Origin: Laetmonice hystrix
Taxonomy: Eukaryota
Length of the DNA stretch: 64,000 nt
Assembly: GCA_965235115.1 (NCBI GenBank)
Contig: OZ249438.1
Span: 9,672,001-9,736,000 of the forward strand
Direction: 5' to 3'
In this document: positions 37,860-50,734 of the stretch, in pieces
How the letters are laid out: each line of letters starts with the position of its first letter
How positions within the stretch are numbered: the stretch's first letter is position 1
Translations under genes and position numbers: made by a program
The notes under the pieces: generated by a model
Seen by the model: only the letters and a program-made list of their open reading frames with translations
The model's database searches: none
Told to the model about the DNA's origin: nothing

Positions 37860-38485
37860 GGTTTGGGAAGGAGTAGCTGAGCAACAGGGGTGTGACCAGA
37901 CCGGAAACGGGGTCTAACCAGGCGGGGGAACAGGGGTCTAACCAGGCCGGGGAACAGGGGTCTAACTAGGCCGGGGAACAGGGGTCTGACCAGGCCTGGA
38001 ACAGGGGTGTTACCTGACCGAGGAATAGGGGTGTGACCAGGCCGGGGAACTGGGGTCTGACCAGGTCAGGGAACAGGGGTGTGACCAGGCCGGGGAACTG
38101 GGGTCTGACCAGTCCATGGAGGCTGACTAACCAGGTGGAATTAGGGTTGGATTGTTGGGGGTGGGGGTGGTCGCCTGTGTGACCAGACCGGGTGTTGTGA
38201 CCAGGCTGTGAAGGCTGACTAACCAGGTGGAATTAGGGTTGGATTGTTGGGGGTGGGGGTGGTCGCCTGTGTGACCAGACCGGGTGTTGTGACCAGGCTG
38301 TGAAGGCTGACAAACCAGGTGGAATTAGGGTTGGATTGTTGGGGGTGGGGGTGGTCGCCTGTGTGACCAGAACCGGGAACAGGGGTTTGACCAGGCCGGG
38401 GAACTGGGGTCTGACCAGGCCATGGAGGCTGACTAACCAGTTGGAACGAAGGTTGGATTGTTGGGGGTGCGGGTCGCCTGTGTGA
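37860..38485. repeat. Degenerate 24-bp minisatellite merging into ~92-bp tandem copies
   Basis: GGGGTCTAACCAGGCCGGGGAACA units; GGCTGAC(T/A)AACCAGGTGGAATTAGGG recurs at 38121, 38213 and 38305. Confidence 0.88.
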
Positions 38486-38844
38486 CCAGCATCATTCATT
38501 CGGTCTTACACCCATGCATCATTGCAGCCCCGTCCCAACTTCATCTGACTTGGAAATCCTTGTCCAACGAGCCCTCGGGTTCACACCCCCTCCTTGTTAC
38601 CCCGTCCCCCGGGGGTGGGCGGCCCTGACCAACATTTCATAGCAAGGGTGACCGAGTCTGGGGGGTCGCCAACCCCCCGCCTTGTCCCATTAGTCAGAGT
38701 GATTTTTCCCACCTCGTCTTGACCCCAGTCGTTAGAGCCAGAACACACCATTGATTATGCGGGCAAGTACTGACGCGCATTTCTTAAAGAGGAGAAATTG
38801 GGAGAAATTGTCGAACTCATCTCGTTTTCTCGTTTGAGATTGGT

Positions 38845-39538
38845 TGGTCCTATACCACACTGTCACATTGGTGGGACGCTCCTATACCACACTGTCACAT
38901 TGGTGGCGAGACGCTCCAATACCACACTGCCACATTGGTGGGACGCTCCTATACCACACTGTCACATTGGTGGGACGCTCCTATACCACACTGTCACATT
39001 GGTGGGCCCCACACCACACTGTCACATTGGTGGGACGCCCCTATACCACACTGTCACATTGGTGGGACGCTCCTATACCACACTGCCACATTGGTGGGAC
39101 GCTCCTATACCACACTCACATTGGTGGGACGCTCCTATACCACACTGTCACAGTCATTGGTGGGACGCTCATCTACCACACTGTCACATTGGTGGGACGC
39201 TCCTATACCATACTGCCGCATTGGTGGGACGCTCATCTACCACACTGTCACATTGGTGGGACGCTCCTATACCACACTGTCACATTGGTGGGACGCTCCT
39301 ATACCACACTGTCACATTTGTGGGACGCTCCTATACCACACTGTCACATTGGTGGGACGCTCCAATACCACACTGCCACATTGGTGGGACGCTCCTATAC
39401 CACACTGTCACATTGGTGGGACGCTCCTTTACCACACTGTCACATTGGTGGGACGCTCCTATACCACACTGTCACATTGGTGGGACGCTCCAATACCACA
39501 CTGCCACATTGGTGGGACGCTCCTATACCACACTGTCA
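38845..39538. repeat. Minisatellite, 32-bp unit
   Basis: Unit TTGGTGGGACGCTCCTATACCACACTGTCACA. Confidence 0.96.
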
Positions 39539-41149
39539 CGCATGTCTGGGATGCTTCAACTGAAGGAAAAAGTTGCCCCCAGGAAATGCGTGAGTGCAGA
39601 ATGTCCGATGGTCTGCCGCCTCCTGGCAGGTCGGATCCTCCACATGTGACTGGGTGCTAATGAGGACATCTGTAGATAAAAACCCACGCTCGGAGACAAT
39701 ACTGATAAGACGGTCTGCTCGAGGGGCCATGTTGTGTTTACGGCGTGTTTTATGTAGGCTATACATGATGTGTGGGTGTGTGGGAGGGAGGGCAGGGGAG
39801 GGGGGACTTGGTCCTGTAGACGACCTCATCGTCTGTCCAGTCGCTTGACAGAGGCAGATTGGCGGTTTTTTCGGTAATCACATGGGGGCTGCGCTTCCCC
39901 CTTTTCCACAATTCCTGGATCCGTCTGAAGATTGCCACCCCCCCTCCCCATCCGTCTGGACCAGTCTGCCCCCATCGCGCCCTCTCCCCTTCCCCCTGCG
40001 CCCACTGCTGGCCCTCAGCGCCCACTGTGCCGCCGTGCCCAATCGCATTAGTTGAAGAAGTCCCCTGCGACCCACAGCTCACCACTAAGAGGATTCCCAA
40101 GCCCAGTAAAGGACCCCGTATCTTTACCCTCTCTCCTTCCCTCCGCAGTTCCTTATCTCCCTCTCCCCTGCCATCACTAATTGAGCCGCTGCCACCCTTT
40201 CACAGTTTGGCCATCATTGTTACCACTCGGGGTAAAACCAGCTCTGTCGGAATGGCAGTCCTTGCGGGCCGTCACGCATGTACAAGGAATTCGCTGTCGA
40301 GTGAATGCGAGGATTTTTTAAAGCTCTTGCCGCGCCATGTCATTGTCGCTGTCACGAAGTGGTCCGGATTGGGTACACAAGACCATGACATTGCAGCAGG
40401 ACAGAAATGTATGGGTTGATTACGGAGAAGTTACCAGGAACTCGCTGCAGGAACTTTGTATGAGAGCAGTGTATGAGGTGGTAGTTACATTTGGCTGGCG
40501 TGCAGACAGCTCACGGCCGGCGGTAGGAGTTGACAGACGGGAGTTCAAGGGGAGGATTCGATCGTTTGATGTGATCAGTATTCGGGGGCTGTAACGTACA
40601 GCCCCACGGTCGGGGTGTGGGGTGGATGGGGGGTGGGGGTGGTGTGGGCCGGCGGTGGCTGTTGGCGGGGTCCCTGGCAGGCTCGAAGGACCCAGGCGCC
40701 ACGTGCTGCTCACAAAAGATGAGAGTACTTTTAATGAGGTTAATGAGGTCAAATCCTAGGATTATATTCCAATTCAAAGTTTTAAAAAGGTTAAAAAAGG
40801 TTTTTCATGAACAAATTGCGTTACCGTGACAACTGAAAGTGTATCCATCATGCGGATAACCAGGTGCAGAAACATAAAAATCGATTTGATTTTTAATGAA
40901 GTAACTTATCCCGACTGCATGCAGTCGCGCAAACAATTATACGTCTTATAGGGAAACTGATATCCTTGTCCATTTGGTGATTGTCAAGGTCAAATCAAGG
41001 TCAACTATGTCGAGGACTGTATTCAACCACGTATCAGCTGCTTTAATGTCAATCGGATACATTGTGTAGCCATAATTTTAAGTTCAACACTCAGATTGCG
41101 TCATCTGTTAATTCATTAGTCTCAATGTTTCCTACCATTGTTTTTGCAG

Positions 41150-41306
41150 GAGAGGCGGCTCCCCACCTGAACATGTTGTCTTTCACACACACGTTACTGA
41201 GGCGGCGCGGGGACGTGGCCAGGTTCAACTGTCAATACGAGAACGCTGTGCTCACTGAGTGGTACTTCAATGAGAAACTCATCGTCAACACCACACTCGG
41301 ACCAAA
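41150..41306 (+). CDS. PTK7: PTK7/Off-track-like internal exon (N-terminal half of next Ig domain, probably Ig3)
   Basis: Acceptor ttgtttttgcag ends at 41149; donor gtgagt starts at 41307. Joins the previous exon in frame (G|GA). Encodes GEAAPHLNMLSFTHTLLRRRGDVARFNCQYENAVLTEWYFNEKLIVNTTLGPK, with Ig B-strand Cys and C-strand Trp. ARFNCQY resembles recalled PTK7 AMFHCQF. Confidence 0.9.
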
Positions 41307-41400
41307 GTGAGTAGATCGGGACACCTTGCACGGGGACCGCCCGCTTTCTTTAATCCTTTCTTGTTGGTTTCACTCAGTTGGCCTCGTCATCAACTGGTCA

Positions 41401-41472
41401 GGGGCCAGTTCTGAAAAACGTAAAGGATTGCTTAAGCTTGATCTTAGCAAAACCAGCCAATGAGAAACGTTA
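41401..41472 (+). mobile_element. Probable left end of a MITE-like element (GGCC terminus, CTTAAG motifs, CCAAT)
   Basis: Starts GGGGCCAGTTCTGAAAAA, resembling the TIR of the 56921 fold-back element; shares a 20-mer with 23815-23880. Confidence 0.5.
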
Positions 41473-42309
41473 AAGGAGAAGTCCAGTCAAAAATCACATT
41501 TGGACAGCTGCAAGGCACCTTTCAGAAGCGTGGTTGGAAATAAATGTCCCCCCATTCCAAGAAGTGATATGTTGAACATAACAACCATGTCAAAATTACT
41601 GGCTTTAGCGGCGCAGCCATTTGGCCGGAAGTAAGTGACGTCCCTGTGCCCATCTATTGCATGCCGGGGCTCGACGGGGGTCAGTGTCACAGTCACAGTC
41701 ACAACTAAACGCTACAGGTCTGTGCTGACCACAGGAGTCTGACACTGCCAGCACCCGCCCGCGGTGGGAGTCAGAGTGGGGCCCGATCCCGGGCCCAGTG
41801 GCCCTGGGCTCCGTCAACATCACACCTCCGAGTGGGACGAATTGAATGCAGGCGGCCGAAACCCACGGCTGCCCAGATCCGTGTCCACCCTGATATATCC
41901 CCTGACATCGGTAGGCTTAATTCCTAGCCATTCCTCATCACTATGATCGATGGTTTTCGTCTATGTTCTAAGAAATTTTGCTCATAAGCTGTCAACGTTC
42001 GCTACCTTTCGAATTGCTCAACGCAACAGGTGCGTCAGTTTTTCGTTCCTCCCAAACTGGAGAGCAGTGGTCGAGCATGCGCAGTTTGAGATTAGCCCAA
42101 GGAGCAGACGCTATGGCGGCCAACACCAGCGGAGCAGGCTCTAAGCAGGCTCCGGCACTCAAGTGTTATATCTTAACTAATTGTGTTCAAATCTTTTTAA
42201 ATTGCTTAGAATATCACGGCCTGTGTGCCTGGCCTGCACACACTGGCGGTGAATGTTTCTTTTAAGCTTAAGCAAGATCTTAAGTTTTGTGGGCTCAGAT
42301 CCGCCCGCC

Positions 42310-42540
42310 TCCTGATGTCCTGATCAGCTATAGCCTCCTGAGGACCTAGCCTCCCCATCCGCTTGGCTATGGATCACCTGTCTCCTGATCCGACATACTC
42401 CTGATCAGCTGACTTAATCGGTGAGCCTCCTGACCTGATGGCCTCCTGATCCGCTGATTTAATCCGTGAGCCTCCTGACCTGCTGATTTAATCCGTGAGC
42501 CTCCTGGCCTGACCGGGCGGCCTGATGATCCGCTGGCCTT
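42310..42540. repeat. Degenerate minisatellite, ~29-bp unit
   Basis: Recurring GAGCCTCCTGA...GCTGATTTAATCCGT. Confidence 0.7.
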
Positions 42541-43369
42541 CTGCTCGTTCTGTACATGACCTGCTTACATGGATGCCGAATGTAGCGTGACTTTATCTCG
42601 GAGGTGTACTGAGAAATAAACCTGCAGGTTGTTAAGAAACTTTCTTTACAAGGTAGAGTACCCAATATATTACCTGCACAATTTGACTCGGTATTCCATG
42701 AACTCTTACATACATGTATAGTAGTATACGGGGGGGGCGTGCCCCCGGACCGACAGGTCAGGGAGCCGGTCACCTCACCACGTCGTGGTGAATTGCCGAG
42801 TGCAGACCTCGTTAGGAAACACGCCTATTGTTGAGTGTTGATGGTACCTAGAGTGGGAAACAATTACCGTGAGTGTGGTCGGGGCACGTGTCGACCATTG
42901 TGTTCGTACAACGGATCGAATGTATGGACCGTGTGACTGACGGTCTCGGGCCTGAGGACGGAGTCAGCCGGACGGGGGCGGGTGGACAATAGACACGTGA
43001 TTTCACGGCCTGTAAGGTTGGGGATGGGGGGGGGCCTCCAATTTGGCATTGTGGACCGATGGGTTCATATACAGTTATTGAAAATACACCGAATAAACGC
43101 GTTGTACCGTATCATTGTTTTTGAAAATTAGAAAGTTATATATACTTAAATGCTTTATGGTTATGGTTAAAGGCGAAATGACTAAGAATGTGGCAGATTT
43201 AGGATTTTAAAAAAAGGATCCAACACGAAAACTGGTTGAAGGAGGGGGGGGGGAGAAAATTGAATTCGCGAAAAAAGGTGCTGGGAGTGGCCAGTGGTAT
43301 AGGCCTACCAGAGTTCATGGCTGGTGCTTGAAGTGACCTGTGTTAGGAGGTATCAGTGTTACTTAGGAG

Positions 43370-43685
43370 CAGCCAGTGTTGGGAGCAGCCAGTGTTGGGA
43401 GCGGCCAGTGTTGGGAGCGGCCAGTGTTGGGAGCGGCCAGTGTTTGGAGCGGCCAGTGTTTGGAGCGGCCAGTGTTAGGAGCGGCCAGTGTTTGGAGCGA
43501 CCAGTGTTAGGAGCGGTCAGTGTTAGGAGCGGCCATTGTTCGGAGCGTTCAGTGTTAGGAGTGGTCAGTGTTAGAAGCGGTCAGTATTAAAAGCGGCCAG
43601 TGTTATAAGAGCGGCCAGTGTTATAAGAGCGGCCAGTGTTATAAGAGCGGTCAGTGTTAGGAGCGTTCAGTGTTAGGAGCGGCCG
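43370..43685. repeat. Minisatellite, 16-bp unit
   Basis: Unit GAGCGGCCAGTGTT(AG/GG/TG). Confidence 0.93.
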
Positions 43686-44409
43686 TTGTACGTGACCTTC
43701 CCCAGTAACCCCACTGTAAGGCCGACCTCCATCGTACCCCGTCAGTGTGGTGATGTACGCCCCCACCCCCCACCCCAGCCAGCCTCCAGCCCCCGGGGCC
43801 GCCCGAACTGACTGCCACCAAATGGAGCCAGGTGACGGATGGCCACTTGGTGTGTCCGCGCCACCGCCACCTTTCGCACCTTGGGAGACGGAGGCAATTA
43901 TTCGCAATTTATACGAGCCGCGGCGCAGTGGTTGCGGCGGTGATCGCGCGACTGCTGCGGCATTCGTTGCGCGATGTTCGCGACGGTTGCAGAGCGCCAT
44001 GGTTGCAGCCGTGACAGAGCATGCCCAGTTCTCCCCCAGAAAATTCCTGCCAAGACATGTCAGATGCTGAGCATAAATATTGGGAATCCCTGGCGTAGAC
44101 ATTTATTTTTGTACCCGTCAGTTTAAGGATATAGTATATTGCCTACGGCGTGTTGCTTTAAAAAAGGACTTTTACTTTGATGTAAGTAGCAATTATGACA
44201 AAAACGGTACATACACATTCTTTGATCACTGAATACACATCATATAAATGGCGAGAATCTTCGTCGTTGGCGGGAGAGAGAGAGAAAGATCAAAGAGGTT
44301 TATTGGAACAGTGGAAGCCAAGATGACATCTCATTCTAGTCGGCCCGGTAGCCGCTAACGCCAGGATAATTTTACCAACAGAAATTTAGGGGAATTCCGC
44401 ACTAAGTCT

Positions 44410-44805
44410 TCTCTACCAGGCGGATGGGTCGATCTCTGATCCCTGTGTACCAGGCGGATGGGTCGATCTCTGATCTTAGGTACCAGGCGGATTGGTCGAT
44501 CTCTGATCCCTGTGTACCAGGCGGATGGGTCGATCTCTGATCCCCTGTGTACCAGGCGGATGGGTCGATCACTGATCCCCTGTGTACCAGGCGGATAGAT
44601 AGATCTCTGATCCCCTGTGTACCAGGCGGATAGATAGATCTCTGATCCCTGTGTACCAGGCGGATGGGTCGATCTCTGATCCCTGTGTACCAGGCGAATG
44701 GGTCGATCACTGATCTTAGGTGTACCAGGCGGATGGGTCGATCACTGATCTTAGGTACCAGGCGGATGAACCGATCACAGATCTCCTTTGAACCAGGCGG
44801 CTGAG
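44410..44805. repeat. Minisatellite, 33-36-bp unit
   Basis: Unit GTACCAGGCGGATGGGTCGATCTCTGATCCCTGT. Confidence 0.94.
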
Positions 44806-46625
44806 TCGATGGTTGACGGGCGAGAATCGATCCTAAGAATAAAGGGATTTGTACCAGAAAGAAGACGTTTCACTGATCTCATACACCAGTTTCCCCATTT
44901 GCTTGCAGACACTCGAAGAAACGACTACGTCACCTACACCACGGGTATACATAACTATCTCCTCATGCACCATCGTCACACATGAAACAGCACCTCGTTC
45001 ACCGCACCTCATTCACTGCTCACACTTAACACTTATACACCGCGCCTCATTTATCCCCGCCTCATTCACTACGCCTTGTTCACCGCGCCTCATTCACCGC
45101 ACCTGCTCAGGGAGCGTTGGCTTCTGACCACGGTGGTTGGAAGGACTCGTGCCTGAATTGGCTCCCGGTAAACTGGCGTGACTGGCATTGACGTCGGTTA
45201 TTGTGGTGGTGTCGGTCGGTAACGGAGCTGCGGTATACGTGCTGCCTTCTCTCAAACCTACTTAATCTGCACATTCACTATGGGTAAAGGTGAGCTGGGG
45301 GTTGGTGCGTGTGGGTTGTGTGTGAGTCTGACCGGTGTCCAGTCCACCGTGATCTCTGTGGTCTGTGGTCAGTGCGCTTCTCGCTCCATGGCCACTGGAA
45401 CCGCTTGTGGTAAACGCGATATATACACCATCTTCACATTACCTGTCTGTATCACAACCCGTGTCGTCAGTTCACAAATTAAACAAAAATCAGAGGGAAA
45501 CTTTGACTGAGACAGCGTCCGATTACAGTCGGTCGCGTTTCCGTTTCCAGTTTCTTTCAATTTAAAACTGACCTGACGGATTTTTTTTCTTTTAAACAAT
45601 TCAATTCAATTAAATCAAATGTCATGGAAACACAACAAGCGGCGACAGGGCTGTCGTCGTTTTTAGAAAAAGCTACATTTTTCAGGGATCGAACGTGTTG
45701 CCGCCTACCGGCAGACGACGGTACTTATCACACAGCGTCTGTCGCTGTCACGTGACTGTAACAATAGTGTAAGTGACTTAAGATGCCACACATTCTGTGG
45801 AATGTTTTCTTTGCAATTAATTAAGAGAGACCGGGCGAGCGGGAATACTTCTATAAAGATTTGTATATTGGTTTAGAAAAAGGACCTGTCGACGGGGTAC
45901 ATGCTGACTTTACCTTTTTTAATGTTAAAGGCAACATTGGGTTTTTGTTCATACGCGTAGTGTATGGAGTTATCAGACAGTCGGTGACAAACTTAAAGTT
46001 CTACAAAGGTTGACAAAGGCATCCTGGGATAGCGGTAGTGAATCTTGTCACGTGACCGCCTGGATCAAAGTCGATTCACTGGTCAGGAGGTCAGGATTGG
46101 AGACTGAATGCTTCACATACAATATATGATAACAATGGTGGAAGATTTCGCAACGTTAACGTGATCTTTCTCCTTTCGACCTCTCCGAAACACATAATAA
46201 TTGCACCTATCAGACCCGGTCACTACTCAGGTCTGCCACTATTGGTCCGGCCGGCCGAGTTTGGCAGGCTGGAGTGGACAAAAATCCAGAATGCATGGTC
46301 AGATAATATTTAAAAAGATCCTATCATTAATTATAAAACGCTGCTTCTATAAGTTGATTGAATACAGACTTGACTTGAATCATGTCAATATAATATTTGG
46401 ATATAAAGCATCATGCATTCTCGACTTTTGTTAACCTATGGCCAACCATAATATGCAACATCAGTATCGGCTGGGCGGCTTTTGACGACGAGGGTTTGGG
46501 AATTGGTTTGAGAGTTGGTGAAGTCGTAGCTTGTACAGAATCTTTACAATAGAAACCTCACTGAGGATTACAGGCTAATCACACATGACTTGCTTACTGA
46601 TGTCGTTGTTGTTGTTGTTTTGCAG

Positions 46626-46756
46626 AGCGACAGTGTTTGAGAACGGCACGTTGGTGTTACACTCGGTGAGGCCCAAGGACGAGGGGACGTACAAATGTGT
46701 GGGTATCGGCGACAACGGCCCCACCCAGACGTTCATCTCGACACTGTCACTGGCAT
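46626..46756 (+). CDS. PTK7: PTK7/Off-track-like internal exon (C-terminal half of Ig3); absent from ORF track
   Basis: Acceptor gttgttttgcag ends at 46625; donor gtgagt starts at 46757. In-frame join AA|A. Encodes ATVFENGTLVLHSVRPKDEGTYKCVGIGDNGPTQTFISTLSLA, a close match to recalled human PTK7 ATVFANGSLLLTQVRPRNAGIYRCIGQGQRGPPIILEATLHLA. Confidence 0.93.
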
Positions 46757-46783
46757 GTGAGTAAAGTCCTTACCGTCACCTTA

Positions 46784-47185
46784 TGTCATACTGCTGACGT
46801 CACTGAGGTGTCAGTACCAGCACTTTATGTCATACTGCTGACGTCACTGAGATTTCAGTACTAACACCTCATGTCATACTGCTGACGTCACTGAGATGTC
46901 AGTACTGACACCTGATGTCATACTACTGACGTCATAAAGATTTCAGTACTAACACTTTATGTCATACTGCTATACTGCTGACGTCACTGAGACCTCATGT
47001 CGTCATACTGCTATACTGCTGACGTCACTGACACTTCATGTCATACTGCTGACGTCACTGAGATGTCAGTACCAATACCTCATGTCATACTGCTGACGTC
47101 ACTGAGATGTCAGTACCAACACTATATTTCATACTGCTGTACTGCTGACGTCACTGAGATGGCAGTACCAGCACTGAAATGCCAG
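46784..47185. repeat. Degenerate minisatellite, ~44-bp unit, each unit containing TGACGTCA
   Basis: Unit GTCATACTGCTGACGTCACTGAGATGTCAGTACCAACACCTCAT; starts about 30 nt after the donor at 46757. Confidence 0.92.
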
Positions 47186-48084
47186 TAACGGTGACAATAT
47201 CAAGTTTTTGTATGGCCACTTTATAGAAGTCCAGATGCAAATCATTGGAACATGGTTTACTTATTATGTCCCGAAAGTTTTGGAACGGCATAAGTTTTCA
47301 AAGTATCCATTGCATAATCATGGATTCAAGTGTGTTTTGTGTGGTAATAGAAAAACATGTCATTCACGGCTCCACTGTAGTAAGCTCCCCCCCCCCCACC
47401 CCGGGTATCGGTCTCAGCCACTCCCCACTCAGCCATGTATATTACTAAGGGGGCAGTCCTGAAATATCATTGAACAATTTCCTGATGAGGCCAACGTTTA
47501 CTTATCCCCCAGCCTCCCGCCTTTAACAACCCCTAGCCTTGCCTTGCTGTAGTAAGTTTTTGACACAAACATTTTGTTCAGGAGGCTCAGAACTTTTTCA
47601 TTATGAGAGGAAATGACAAGGAAATGAGGCCTGGCCTGCTATCGTAGGTGCTAAGCTATTTTCATGGCTCAGTGAATATTTCCTTTTTGTATCGCGTTAC
47701 TGGTGATGGTACAGTTAGTGCGGGCCGTTGTTGGTTGGGACCCGCTGGGGAGGGACGAGTGAGTGAGAGGGATTTGAGAGGGATGGCTTACCCAAGGTAT
47801 TGGGGGAGGGGGTAGGGCGGCTGGCGCCTGGTGATAGCAACCCCTTGAATCAACCCCGCCGCCGCCATTTAATTGGTCCTGATTGAGCTGAGAAAAGTCA
47901 GGCATGCTTTGGAATAATGGGCTTAATTCGTCGGGCATTGGAGGCGGGCACCAAGCGTGATGGGTCGTACGAATTCTGTTATAGCGTGAAACATATTGAG
48001 TGGGGGACTGCATGGGCCGGACGACTGGCACTGATAGTGTTAGTAGTACACCGGCAGAGGGTGGGTGATGAGGTGGGGGTTCTT

Positions 48085-48355
48085 ACCATAGATTCTGGCC
48101 ATGAGGCGGGGATTGTGGCCATGAGGCGGGGATTCCGGTCATGATGTGGGGTTCTGGCCATGAGACTGCGATTCTGGCCATGAGACTCAGATTCTGGCAA
48201 TGAGGTGGGGTTTCTGGCCATGATGTGGGGATTATGGTCACGAGACTGCGATTCTGGCCATGAGACTCGGATTCTGGCCATGAGACTCAGATTCTGGCCA
48301 TGAGGCGGGGATTCTGGTCATGATGAGGTTTCTGGGCATGAGACTGCGATTCTGA
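48085..48355. repeat. Minisatellite, 20-bp unit
   Basis: Unit GATTCTGGCCATGAG(GCGGG/ACTCA/ACTGC). Confidence 0.92.
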
Positions 48356-49034
48356 CCAGTTATGGTTGTTAGAATTTCTCCCTGATCACAGCCGTCGTCA
48401 CCATGCAGCACACGATCCTCCATAACGCACCCACCAAAACCTTTCTTTGTGGCTCGTTATGGATTAGACTGAAGAAAGCAGTAAAAAATCTGGGAAATTT
48501 CATTTTTAATACGATATGAACGTGCTTGGTTTAATGACGTCGGTCCCAGGTGGCCAGGGTGCCGGACTGACCAGGGCGTACGCCCGCACCCTCAGCCTGC
48601 CCTCCGTCCCTCAGAGACCCCCGCCCGGCGTCACACAGCCATCCCCCATACCCATCCCGCTGGAGCTGCCCAACACTTTCTCCTTCCCATTTTCCCATTT
48701 ACGCCCTGAACACGGAATGGGGCACTGGAAAGTTGCCCGACAAAGGAGCGGCCACGCTCGGGCCGCCACGTTGGGGCCAGTCCATTGAGGGCAGCCTGAA
48801 GTAGCGCTCGTTTATACCCGCTTCTACAGTGGCCCTGGCACCCCGCACTCTAAACGTACAACTCGCCCCATCATCTTTCCACTTACCTTGGCGGCATTTC
48901 ATGACGATTTATAGATATTTGGTCCCCTTACTGATTCTGATCCTTTTCAATTGAAGATGATTAAAGAGGTGGCGTTGGATAGGGTAGAATGGTTGTGAGG
49001 TCGTAAGTTGTCAGATGGAAAGGTGGGAGTTTGA

Positions 49035-49600
49035 AAGCTGTCAGTTGGGTGGGCGGCCGGTTGTAAGGTTTGGTTGGGTGATGAAAGCTGTCAGTTTGGT
49101 GGCGGCCAGTTGTAAGGTTTGGTTGGGTGATGAAAGCTGTCAGTTTGGTGGCGGCCGGTTGTAAGGTTCGGTTGGGTGATGAAAGCTGTCAGTTGGGTGG
49201 GCGGCCGGTTGTAAGGTTTGGTTGGGTGATGAAAGCTGTCAGTTGGGTGGCGGCCGGTTGTAAGGTTTGGTTGGGTGATGAAAGCTGTCAGTTAGGTGGC
49301 GGCCGGTTGTAAGGTTCGGTTGGGTGATGAAAGCTGTCAGTTGGGTGGGCGGCCGGTTGTAAGGTTCGGTTGGGTGATGAAGGCTGTCAGTTGGGTGGCG
49401 GCCGGTTGTAAGGTTCGGTTGGGTGATGAAGGCTGTCAGTTGGGTGGCGGCCGGTTGTAAGGTTCGGTTGGGTGATGAAAGCTGTCAGTTGGGTGGCGGC
49501 CGGTTGTAAGGTTCGGTTGGGTGATGAAGGCTGTCAGTTGGGTGGCGGCCGGTTGTAAGGTTCGGTTGGGTGAGGAAAGCTGTCAGTTGGGTGGCGATCG
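49035..49600. repeat. Minisatellite, 49-bp unit
   Basis: Unit TGATGAAAGCTGTCAGTTGGGTGGCGGCCGGTTGTAAGGTTCGGTTGGG. Confidence 0.95.
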
Positions 49601-49624
49601 ATTGTTAGCTCCGACAGTACGGAG

Positions 49625-50130
49625 AAAGCTGTCAGTTAGATGGACGGCCAGGGGTCAGCTGACAGTTTGGTGGACGGCTAGGGGTCAGCTGACAGTTTGG
49701 TGGACGGCTAGGGGTCAGCTGACAGTTTGGTGGACGGCTAGGGGTCAGCTGACAGTTTGGTGGACGGCCAGGGGTCAGCTGACAGTTTGGTGGACGGCCG
49801 GTGGTCAGCTGACAGTTTGGTGGACGGCCAGGGGTCAGCTGAGAGTCTGGTGGACAGCCGGTGGTAAGCTGACAGTTTGGTGGACGGCCGGTGGTAAGCT
49901 GAGAGTTTGGTGGACAGCCGGTGGTAAGCTGACAGTTTGGTGGACAGCCGGTGGTAAGCTGACAGTTTGGTGGTCGGCCGGTGGTAAGCTGAGAGTTTGG
50001 TGGACGGCCGTTGGTAAGCTGTCCGTTGGGTTGAGGGTCAGTCATCATCTGTCAATCTGGCGGTGTAAGCTGTCAATTGGGTGGACTACCGGGCGTAAGC
50101 TGTCAGTTGGCTGGTTGCTCAGCTGACAGC
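49625..50130. repeat. Minisatellite, 30-bp unit, related to the adjacent 49-bp unit
   Basis: Unit GCTGACAGTTTGGTGGACGGCC(AGGGGTCA/GGTGGTAA). Confidence 0.94.
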
Positions 50131-50734
50131 CCTGACCTTGCCAGTGCCCCAGGTGAAGGTCTAGGTGAACGTCCCGGCGGTACGGGTCGCTGCCGCTAGC
50201 GCCACCTGGGAACCAACTCTCACACCTTTCACAATGCCACGTCAGATTCCAATTAACAGTCACAAAGAGAATCCACACCTTGCCTGTCACCTGCCCTTAT
50301 CCCCATCCTTATCCCCTTCCCCAGCCCACTGAGAGGATTGAATTATTTCAGCCAACCGCCATTTGGCCCTTCCACGTGACGCTGCCCATTCGGCCGCCTG
50401 CAGCATACCAGATGTCTCGTTGACTGGGGTGATGGCTCTTTTCAAAGACGTGAGATTATGAGCGGGTGCCCCTGTATTGACGGGGGGCTGTGGGACGACG
50501 GGCGCAGCGCCCTGCGGTATGCGGGCACACCGCCGGCTCGGCCGCCGTGCTGCTTTGTATTTTGTTAGACAGCAGGTGAGAAATGATCCGAATACCACTC
50601 AAGGTGAGCCGCCGCTGCCGGCCAGGGTCTCAGTCATTGGGGGCGACCGACTGCCTCAGTCAATCCATGGCAGGGTAAACGTTGGCGGACCGACCCAGAG
50701 AGTGGCCCCTAACCGGCCCAGGCCCATGCACTGC

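Noticed and set aside
38798-39660. Three overlapping 240-280 aa ORFs
   Set aside because: All three + frames are open across a 32-bp array; a repeat artefact.
41197-41208. RRRG in Ig3 as a furin site
   Set aside because: L-R-R-R lacks the P4 Arg of the R-X-K/R-R consensus.
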